DNA from: Nemertoderma westbladi
Lineage: Eukaryota > Animalia > Xenacoelomorpha
Direction of reading: 5' to 3'
Length of the DNA: 38,713 bases
Assembly (NCBI GenBank): GCA_032718475.1
Contig: JAUCBJ010004874.1
Location: 1 to 38,713 of the forward strand
Of this stretch, positions 22,993 to 34,900 are shown piece by piece. The notes beneath the pieces were generated by a model. The model saw only the letters and a program-made list of their open reading frames with translations, did no database searches and was not told where the DNA came from. The translations under genes were made by a program, and so were the position numbers. Position 1 is the first letter of the stretch. Each line of letters opens with the position of its first letter.

Positions 22993-25900
22993 GTGAGTGA
23001 TTCTGTCAGTACAGTATGCGTGGCGTGGCTAATAATACTACTACATACAGTGACAAAACTACCCAATGAGACAATTACATACCTTAGACTGGCCCATGTG
23101 AAGTAAACTAGCTCTTATTTTTCACTCAGAATTTTACCCCTATAATATAATATAATGTATATTTTTCCAAAACAAGTTGGGCCGATTCAATAACAAGTTG
23201 CACACTTATGTGGAATCGTCTCGGCCAGAATAATTACAAACAGGTAAGGCACGGAATACAAATATACAATATATAAATGATATACATAACGTAAGTAATA
23301 CTTAATACTATACAGTTACAATACACTTACCATGCACATAGCCCATACAATACACACTCGATACATCCATACAATACACACTGTCCCCCCCAGAAACCCT
23401 CTGCCAATCCCGCTGCACCCCACCCACATCCATCCCACCCTGAATGGAGAGAAACCCGACCCGCTCGCCGCATTAAGTCGCTGATGTCACAAAGGTGCTT
23501 TTAAGCAAGGTATGGCGAAAATAATAAGTTGAGTGTAATAGTCTTCACCTGGGAAAATAACCACGAATCACGATTGAGTGGTGCACAATAACATTTGTTT
23601 AATATTAATGCAATTTTTGAATAATTTTGACAAGATATACCACACCATCACCCACTTCTTAGTAAAATACGAAAAGCAAGATAAAACATTCTGACTGGGA
23701 AAATGAAAAAAGAAAATGAAAAAATAAAGAATATTAGTAACCCAGCGAATTAAACCTGTTTGTTGCCTCGATAAAAGTTGCGACAGCCGAAATAAGGACA
23801 GGTGTTTTAGATGCAACGATGCTGGGGGTGCCAGTAGGTCCATGTAAGATAACATGAACCGAAAAACGGAGGTCAAGTTGTAACATGGACTGATTAAGTA
23901 CCAATCGAGGGCCAGTGTACCGCGTGCATTCCATAAAATAGTGGTACACATCTTTGCAGGGATGGCCGCACCCACAAGTTCTACAGTATAACTAGTAACC
24001 TTTGCACGAAATAAGTCGTCATTTAAAGACGAACAGATGCATCGCATACGAGCAAGCAGGCCGTTAATTTTTGGGCTACCGAGCAAGTAGTATGATGGCA
24101 CTGCTGCGTATGGGTAAAGGTGATTACTTGCTAAATTTTTAAAACTATTAGCAGATGTTGCATTACGTATATTATCCGGTAAGTCGTTCCATATTCGTAT
24201 GGAAGATAGTAAAAATGAATTTTTAAAGTAATTATTCCGAGCAAAAGGTACCCTATAATTATCTCGATTTCTTGTACAATGTAGAATATCAATACGTGTA
24301 GAATATCAGGTTTTTCATTCAAAATCCAGGTTAGAGAAGGTAGGTCTGTATCTTCTACACAAAGAATAAGCGAGTTAGTATGTTATAAGTAGAGGTTGTA
24401 ATAAATAAGTGCTTTTTAATTCTTAATAATGGAGAAGTTTTAAATAATATAAATTCTTAAAGTTGGGAGTTGATCGAAAAATGATGACCTGGTAATTCTC
24501 ACATGGGTGCGGTGCATAGGCTTAAATGAGAGATCGCTGGTTCAACCCGGGGCCGTTACTTTTTAGCGATATTGGTAACTAGGGCTACTGCTGTGGGAAG
24601 TAAATAAAATTGTTGGTAGTATCTTAGGTAGTTATATGTATAATTGATTGTTAAAACTTTTGAGAAAGAGTGGCGACTTCCCAACCTTACGGTTAACAGC
24701 CAAGAGAGATGAGCTTCCAGGGTTGTACCTCTCCTCTTTCACCTTCACTTTACCCTTATATTATATAACAACTCAGCTTGACTATAGTATATGGGGTAGT
24801 TACTCAACTCTTATATTTAAGGTGTAATATTATTTGTATTTATTTTGGTAAATCGAATGTCTTTGACAGAAGATCAACTGACAATAACCCAATTACCAAT
24901 GATGTGTCTGCAGTCCCCTGAGTACCTATGGCATTCATGTGTCTCACACTATCTGGTGTTGTGACTCCCAGAATTACACTATGTCCTCACTGTTTATGGA
25001 TTTTCAGTCTTCACATATCAATTATTCACTGTTTATTTCCATAAATTATTGAGTGTATTTGTACGGGTATTTTCTATTATTAATAATTTCTGTATATTTC
25101 CCAGCGGTATTCACGATGAACTACCCAGCGAACTGCCGGATATATATGGGTTAGATGAGCGTTTCTCCGCATTGCTGACCAGCAACGAATTCGGAGGTGA
25201 CAGCTCATTGGTTGCTAGGGTCCAACTGGAGCTGCGCCAATCCGTTCTCTCTTACAGCGTGAGGTACGACGGTCTAGATGGAGTCGTTCCAACTCAACTC
25301 ATCTTCTATAACGGTTAGTTCATGTAATTGATTTCCGCGATTGATCACGATCATGTTACTCAGTTCTAAAATCAATTATAGCTGAAAATGAAACTACAAC
25401 TACTGCTATTCTTGAAATATTTGAGGTGAAATAACCATCACAATGGACTGACTAAGTTAAGGTTTGGATAGGCGGATGGCAGCAAACTGCAAATTGCAAA
25501 TTGCAGTTACTTAAGATACATAATTATAAGAAATTTATCATCACACACCTCACCGATCAATTATTTTGAAATTGGAGTAGTACCGCAACGCCGTCACACT
25601 TTTTTTATTATAATTATTTTATTTTTAATTATTTTATTTTTAATTTAATTATTTAACGAATATATTTTTTTCTCCTTGTATAGGAAGTAAATACTATAAT
25701 ATACTAGAACTTGCGTCATTTAATTATTTTTTATATTTTTTTGTTAGAAAAACAACTAAAGAATGATATTAAATAATATACGCATACGGTAATCTAATGT
25801 ATAATTCCTTTAAAATAAATCAGTCCATATTGAATAATTTTTACCATAACTTCCCCATTACAGGAACGGCCGTAGCATTCAAGCACAGCCTCGATACCTC

Positions 25901-28900
25901 CATATCCGCCCCATTCCCAGACATGGTCTGCGGCCAATGGACCCACTTCGACCCCGACATGGTGAACACACTAAGGACGGGTCGTTACTCCATTGTTATG
26001 GCTACCGCCACACATCCTAACGGCGTCGTAAAGGGAAGCATATGGTCTCACAGGGGTCTAGATTACGAGACATTCAGTTCTATTCTTTACCCAAGTTACC
26101 GAAAGAGTAAAGGTAAGTCTAGGTTGTTCTATAACATTCTACAATGTTCTATATACCATTAGGTCTTTGTAATTGGTTGCGCGTTATAAATTATTATTGG
26201 ACGACACCTGTAGTTTTGCATATCTTTGTTTTGAAATTTATGGTTTATATGTATGTATATATTTATTTAATTATTCAAGAGCGTTTAGTGAGATACCTTA
26301 TCTGTATGCAAGGAAAAACTATTAAAAAAACTAAAAAAACTGGACATGACGGTTGCATGTAATCAGAGATCAGCTGATGCAGTCAGCTGACCGGTAGGTT
26401 AGAACGCAGCTGAAGGCATTCTTAAGAGGCCAAAGTCCTGGGCTGTTCGCCATGCTCATTTTCTCCATGAGGTTGCCAAAGCACAAGATTGTGGACTTGC
26501 TGGTTATTAGGAATAAAATTATTACGTATTAACGTATTACAGGAAAATTGAATAGCTTTATATCAATCCCATCTTCGCTCTCTGACTTTCGCTCGGGAAA
26601 ATTATGCATCCCGGTGTAAGCGGGTTATAAAGCACTATTTTATTTCCATTTTATAAATGTGGTATGAAATTAACTATAATTTCCAACCTTATCGATTTTA
26701 GGTTACGGCGCTGCAGCGGTTATGGCATTGACACCTGAAGGCAATGAGTTGGACTTCGTTATTATATTATCCGGTGTTAGTAACTCTAGTGAAACACGTT
26801 ACGGGAACCTTTACTTCCGAGGAAGAAACAATAAGGTTAGTTAGAGGTTATTTAGATATAAAGGTATTACTTTTAGCCAAATTAAAGTGTTAAATAATAA
26901 GGGTATTTGTTTGTAGTTAAAGGCAGTGATATAAGGGCTGGTTTCAAATGTGTAATGTAATTATCACATAAGTCGGAATTATTTGCTATATAGTTTGGTA
27001 CAAGACATAGTGCGTAATATTATCTTGTTGGATATGTTAAAACGGGAACGTATTTCACGTGCTGCACGAAATTCCCAGAGAAAGTAATAAAGTAATCATC
27101 CCATTCCTTTAACACACTTCTTTTGAACTGGAGATGTTGGCTTAATTACTCCAATTCCATTCCCCTCATTTCGCCAGAATTTAAGGTAATATGCTAATAT
27201 TTCTACACCCAGAAATAAGTGAAAAGAATGCTATAACCTTTTAAAATGGTAATGACTTTGATTTACAAGCAGATAATATTATTCATAATGTTACCCTGAC
27301 ATCAACCCTGGTAGTTGATTGTGACACCAATTCCCCATGTTATGTTTCCCTTCACACATATAATTTGCATACATTAACTACTACAAGGTCATCAGTGCCT
27401 CTACCGCCTTTATTTATGCAGGTAGAGGCGGGGCGGCGTGTTTGTATAATTAATAGACGCCCTAATATTTACAAGTCAACATTTTGCTTTATATTTAATT
27501 AGTGTTCAACATTATTCGTTAGTTATAATGTACAATTTTTTTAATAAATGTCAGGCGAGACATACAGTACACAAAGTAATTATTTCTGACAGTAATTGTG
27601 ACATTATGTATTAAGTACACCGCAGTTAGTTGCCACTAACCAGTACGCGGTACATTGTAAGTGCAACATTCTCAACATCCTCTGCTCAGTGATTATTTGA
27701 AGCTAATTAAGTAAAACCAAAAGTGACCAAGAATAGTAAATATATGACGTATATTGCGGACAACAGACCTTTATTCAACGTCTAAATGTCACTTTCCTTT
27801 CTTGGTCACTGTTGGTCTTACTTAATTAGCTATGATTACTTCAGCACACAACTTACATGGTCAGTGATTGTTTCATTCAACAATTTTTTCTTTGTTATAA
27901 ATTTCAAGCCAATTAGCAACTTTCCCAGTCCCTCACTCCATTGTACTCAACCATGCCGATGACAGTAACAAAATGTAAACAAGTCAGCTACTTATAGCCC
28001 CGTTCACATCCAACGTTGCGTGAGCGGTAAAGTAGTCTGGCGGTATTGAAGCGGTAAGCCAGCGGTACACTACCCTGAGCCCGTTCACACACAACGGTAC
28101 CGTTGCGTTGCGGTATAACTGATTGTCTATCTGTCGACTGTGAATTCAACATGAAATTACATTAATTGTTTTAACATTGTTTAAATGGGCTGCGGTAAAC
28201 CGCGCGGTTTAGCGCACAACTACCTGTTGGGTCGTTCACAGTCAGCGGTGTACCGCTGGCCCTGCGGTACACCGCGCGGTGTACCGTTCCGTTGGATGTT
28301 TCGGGATGTTTTGGATGTTTTGTTGGAGGTTATTTCAATAATTTTTTACAAATATTTTTTTCTATTTCATCTAGAGTAGATTTTTATCAAGATTCCAAAT
28401 TTGAAAACCGTTTAGCAAGATATGTCTTACTTCGCGAGATATGGCTGTCTGCCAGTTTTACTGTCGGTTTTGTCCGTCAGTATGTCTGTCCTTCAATTAA
28501 AAGCATACTATCTGTCTAAAAATTCCCTGTATGGGGTTTCGTGGTTGGTGACTTCATTTCTGATGTCATTTATCAAATTTGGCCTTGTCGGTTCTGTCTG
28601 TATGCCTGTCAGCCTGTCTGTCAAAATATAACAGTCTGACAACTTAACAGACAATTTGGAAGTCATCAAATGTTAAAATTGACACTAGAAATGAATACTG
28701 CGACCAGGAAAACAATAAGCTAAAATTTTAGCTAGGTCGTGTGCCTTTTTCTGATATTTGACAGACCGATAGTCGGATAGTCAGAAAGACCGACAGACGG
28801 ACATACAGACAAATTAGATTTCAATAAAAGTGAAAACTGCCCTCAGAAATGAAATCAGCGACCAGGAAACCCCCAATGGCAAAAATCTTAGCATGGTTTA

Positions 28901-31900
28901 GTACTTTCTTGTTGCTGGATATATATTGACAGACATTTTTACATAAACATACATTTTTGCGCGGGAAGGTTCAAACTTTAAAGGCAATTATCTCGGAATG
29001 AAATTTTTTCACTACTACGAAATAATGCTACTGTTCTGCCAATTTTTTATATTTTTCCATGAAATTTGGACACAGCAATCACAAGTTAGTGTCTTTAAAT
29101 TTTTTTTTTCAAGAATTTTTAAATTTTGATCCTAACTCATTTTATTGGCTTCGAAATGTGAAAAATACTAATTTTTTTGAAAAAAAAATATAAAAATAAT
29201 TAATTAATTCGGTAATAAAATCGTAAATAATCAATATCAAATAATTTTGACCAATACTTTTATTCAACCATATATCCTAATTTTAAATACGAAATAACTA
29301 GTTATATAACTAATGTTTGTAAGAAGAGGAGTGTTTTCAGTAATAGTAATAATTTTATGCTACTAAATAGCACTAAATTATTATAACTATATTACAAATA
29401 AAATTATTTTTTTAAAACAATATTCAGTTATCGATTGACCCTTATACCAAAAATTATTTATTTTGGACAAAGCCTTGCTCATTACTATTGGTTTTCATTG
29501 ACTGTTAAAATAGTGCTACCCCCTCCCCCTCCCTTATGTTTTTTTGGATTTATTGTAGGTTGAGAAACATTTCGCAATAGAATTACACCCTAATCAAATG
29601 GAAATAGCGGATGTTTGGAGTGGTATGAGTCGTCAACAGCAGAAACGTTTAGCACGCGGAAAGGTATCAATTCACATAGAGCTGGGTGAGTAACTATTGT
29701 ATCTTAAGAGACAGATAAATGTGAGATGTTAAATAATAATTGTATGGCATTATTCTGGCTAACAGTATACAATGTTGTTTGACATTGTGTATCAGTGTGG
29801 TGTTGGTGTACCATTCACCTACCTAGGTAAATATAGCACAGCCTCATGTTCACCACTGCAGTATTGGTATAGAGACCAACACTGTTGGCAGTTATGTGAT
29901 CTTTTAATGGAAACAACTTCAAATATTAATTTATGTTAATTCCCTAGGAAACACCGATACTGGTCTGTATCTACGTGGGATAGCCACCCCTCGGATGGCT
30001 TGCCAGACATACGAAGGCGTGTTGACGGGGAGCGAGGCGCTATCGCCAGTTACTACCGGTGGGGTTGGATCGGTTAGCATCTCTCTTTCCAGCGATGGAT
30101 CCATCAAATATGCTATTAAGGTAAATAAACTAAATTGGTATTATTACTAAATAGTAGAAAAATCAAAATGTGTGCATTATTTCTCCTTTAGTTGCATATT
30201 TCATGGTCATGGGCAAGGTTAATGCAGCAGATCTCGCGGCATGCCCCTTCCCCCATATTTCTATGTCTCGTCTTCACGCTCGAGGCCAAATATAATTCAC
30301 TTTCAATTTTCCCAGAAGACTCATAAACCTGTAATTCCAACGGATATTCTTTCTCCCAGCGGTTCTCTATATAAAACCCCTACTATATATCCTCCGAATA
30401 CCAGAATTTTATTGTCCTCCAACGGAGATTAAACATCCTTCAAGGAAGATAATTAATGCAGAATCATGAATATTTGAGGAGATTATGGCCAAATAGTATT
30501 TCGTTTAATGAGAGTTATGGGATCTCATAAGGACAATAAAGAGCTTATCTTGATAGAAAAAAAAGAAACTCGAATTACTTAGAAGTATTTCTTTCTTTAG
30601 AAACCACATTAATCTCATTCCAGTATAATTAGTTTAATTTTTTGTAAGGAATAATTTCTTTTTTTATTTTCCTTGATCCGGGATTTCAGAAATTGTCTTA
30701 ATATTTTTATTAATGATATACTTTATTGAAAGTTTTAAAGAAACAACGCCCTACAAACTGTCACTTCAACTTCTGAAAGAAACTCAAAGATTTGTTTTCT
30801 AAAGGCAAAATACAAGAGATTCAACGCGACAGGTCACTAATGAGAGGATCACAGTGAATGCCGGGGCGTGGTCAGTTGTTGGTCGGTGGTAGTGTGTGTA
30901 GCTTATACAGTAATATTTTCCATGTATTATTTTAAACATACTGAGTTTATGGAATACTTATTAAAGAACATTTGATCTTTAGATAACAAACAAGTTTTGC
31001 AGGAAACAACATTGAGGATCGGTAACATTTACATTTTAATGATTTTTTCTCTTACGAAGGCAAATCGTTCCAACAGGAGTATGATATATTTTATTTATAA
31101 TAACAAAAACAGAAAGCTTATATACAATCAAACAAAACAAATATACAATTAAACAAAACAAATATACAATCAAACAAAACAAACATACAATTAAACACGA
31201 AGTGGGGCCTTCGCGCAGCACGTGAAATGAGTTAATGCTAAGTATCAACTCGAAAGGATTATAAAAACAGGAGAAGATTTTCCCGGAAAACGTTAACCCT
31301 CTAGCGGGAGACTGGGTAACTGAAGAAGGAAGGATTAGTTTCCCTACAAAGCCACAGCCTATGGTCTATTACATATCTACCAAGTTTCCGATTGACGGAT
31401 CATAAATAACGAAATGTTGGAAGGTTTTCACTTTCATACATTTAGCCCTCTAGCGGCATATTAAAGAACTACGGATCGATCACCTTCCTCACAAAGACGA
31501 GGCATGTGGTCTAGTACATACCGGTACTGTATATTCCAAAATTCAGCTTAAATAGATTAAGATCAAGGAATTCGCGAAGGTTATCACTTTCCTACATTTC
31601 GCCCTCTAGCGGCAGACTCGAAAACTCCGGACCGATTACTGTCCACACAAAGACTTAGGATGTCTTCTAGTACATATATGACAAGTTTCAGCGTAATCAG
31701 ATCATAAACAACTAAATGGAAGAATAATTTCACATTCGGGACATTTCGCCCTCTAGCGGCAGACTGGAGAACTGCAGACAGATTAGCCTCCTTTGAAATT
31801 TACAGCTAATGGTCTAGTACATACTTCCCAAGTTTCAGCTTAAACGGATTAAAAGCAAAGAAATGGGTGGCCATTTAATGTTTAGACATGTGGCCCTCTA

Positions 31901-34900
31901 CCGGCAGACTGGAAAACTTCGGACCGATTACAATCCACACAAAGACTTAGGATGTCTTCTAGTACATATATGACAAGTTTCAGCGTAATCAGATCATAAA
32001 CAACTAAATGGAAGAATAATTTCACATTCGGGACATTTCGCCCTCTAGCGGCAGACTGGAGAACTGCAGATGGATTCGCCTCCTTTGAAAGTCACAGCTA
32101 ATGGTCTAATACATATCTGCCAAGTTTCAGCTTAAATGGATTAAAAGCAAAGAAATGGGAGGGCATTTAATGTTTAGACATGTGGCCCTCTAGCGGGAGA
32201 CCATTGCACTGATGGTGTCTGAAAGTCTCTCAAAAATCTCAACTTTTGCTCATATTGATACCTACAAATTTTCAACTTGGCAGCTTTAAATCCGACAAAG
32301 TTATTAGCATGTCAAAATCGTAACGACGACGACGACGACGACGACAACGACGACGACGACGACGACGACTACGACGACGACGACAACGACGACGACGACA
32401 ACTATTTGCATAAATTGACCCACCCCCTAACAGTGTCAATTCGCTAAGGCTCCGCCAACTTCGTGGCTCGCCCCACAAAACAAATATACAATCAAATTAA
32501 ACGAATATACATTCAAATAAAACAAATATACAATCAAACAAAACAAATATACATTCAAATAAAACAAATATACAATCAAACAAAACAAATATACAATCAA
32601 ACAAAACAAATATACAATCAAACAAAACAAATATGCAATCAAACAAAACAAATATACAATCAAACAAAACAAATATACAATCAAACAAAACAAATATACA
32701 ATCAAACAAAACAAATATACAATGAAACTAAATGAATATACATTCAAATAAAACAAATATACAATCAAACAAAACAAATATATCATTCAAACAACAATTT
32801 ACCTTTTTTCAGTTGAAGTCTCTGACCACTGACATCAAACGAATCACCCTGGAAACAGCCCCAGACCAGTTCGGAACCATCAAGGTGATTCAAGAATTTA
32901 CCGACAGTTACCGTGACGGGAAAGCTGTGGGTCGATATAGAAAGACCCGGGCCAGGGATATTTACTTGCTGCTTAGCAACCAACTTTATGTAAACGTAGC
33001 AACGCGAAAGTAAGTTGTATTTATACATAATATGTTACTTTATGTGATTGGTATGAAGTTAATGGATTTCCCGCTTAATATTCATAGCCTCTTATGAACA
33101 CTGAAAAAATATAAAGTAATCAATGTTAGAATGTTAACAATGCTATTCATTTAGAAATAATAACGCATGAGCGACAGAACACGTCGCCGAGAGGAAATAT
33201 AATATGTGATTGAAATAAGTTGAATGCTAGGATTACTTCAAATTATATGAATGAATACTATATTAAATGGAGACCCATGGGGGGGGGGGGGGGACTCAAA
33301 TCCATCTCGGCGATTTGATATCTCACCCCAGGACCAGGTTATTTTAACCAAAACAATAAATTAAAGTCAATATACTGTAACAGATTACAGTTTTATTTTT
33401 GAGAGTAATCAGCTGTTATTAAACATATCACGCGAATCAGTCAGACAATGTGTATTGGGCACGCCGCGATGCGTTATGATTTGGTTTTGGATTGTCTTGT
33501 CTAGGGGGATAAGAGTCAATATGGTTCTTAATAAACCATTTTGGATGGGAATGGGATAATCTTTTCGGCTCGTTAAGCCAAGGAATGCCTGTTCACCACC
33601 ATGGTCTTCCACAGTAATATCTTCCACAATGCTTCCAAAGTTGCATTGGTTCCCATGTATCGACCAGTTGAGGATGAAAGCTAGGGTTTGGCTAGGCTGC
33701 AGCATTTAAATCACTGTGCCCAAACAGTGTTGCCCCATCTAGGGATCGAACCAGGGCTTCCTAATTGAAAGCCCAGAAATCTTACCACCAGACAAAGCTG
33801 CTGCTTGCAGATATAATAAATTAGCTTCTATAAGAAGTAAACCATTTTGGTAAACCCATACCCATGTTACCACTAAAGTTACAAGACAATATACAGTAAG
33901 TTATATTACATTCCTATACATTACATAATTTCATATGTAGAATTTTGTCTGTTTCAATCCCACAGATATAAAAGTAGCGAGCTGCGGGGTTTAGTTCGTC
34001 CGGTTGTTTATCAATCGTTCCTGGACGACAGGGCAACTACCGGAGTACTACTGGATGGCCGCTACGCCGGTACCAGCTATACCGGTGCCGGCGCACTGCT
34101 CTGGGTTAACGTCACTCCAGACTGCCAGCTCCACTACCAGATGATGTTGCAAGGTGTCGCTCCTGATCATCAGGTAAATACCAATATCTGATAGTTTTGT
34201 TATGTAGGCCTACCATACATTTTTCTTTGTATCCTTATGTTCTAAGTATCGCCACTTTTTGATTATCTCTCTGGCTTATTCTCACTGGTTTCCTGTCTAC
34301 TTTTCAATATTCTATACTTTTTCGCTTCTAAATTCATCTGGGTACTGGGAAAATGGTAGTGAGCAAATATTGACTGGCCTTCCTTCTATTTCAAGTTTAT
34401 AAACCATATAATAAAGCATTGACGGTGCATTGTTCTCTCTTTACGAATATCCCACTTCGTCTTCCAATTTCAGTTAGTACAGTAGTTGAGGGTTGTAAAT
34501 GTTATACCCATCACCCGATGCCCAAGACCCATGTCCAAAACACTGCACAATACCCATGCACAACCAAAAATCCATGACCAAAACCCGTTCCCAAAACCCA
34601 TGCCCAAAAACCATCCCCAATACACATGCCCAAAAACTATCCCCAATACACATGCCCAAAGCCCGTGCCCAAACCAGTGCCCAAAACCCATGCCCAGATT
34701 ACATCCAGTTAACATGTTCTTCTTATAGTTAGATAATATTCACTCACCCCCACCAGTTTATTCTACTTACCCAGTAGTAGGCTACTGTAGTACTAGGGGA
34801 TTGTGAACTCAAATTACTAAATAAATAGGATTTGATAGACAGCCAAAGCAACCTAATAATATTAACGCTACGCACCAGCTACTGTAGTACAAATATTCTC

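Noticed and set aside
22993-22996. Programmed CR1-only isoform from the stop right after the donor (similar stops at 36022 and 37373)
   Set aside because: A phase-2 GTGAG donor automatically gives an in-frame TGA, so this is not evidence without transcripts.
32272-32786. Poly-Arg and repetitive LFCLIVY/NQTKQIY ORFs
   Set aside because: They are translations of the (GAC)n microsatellite and the 21-bp minisatellite.
33730-33805. Functional tRNA gene
   Set aside because: A and B boxes are present but the acceptor and anticodon stems pair poorly, and it continues into a SINE-like body.
34470-34732. Pro/Gly-rich ORFs on both strands
   Set aside because: They arise from the short tandem repeats in the fold-back element arm.
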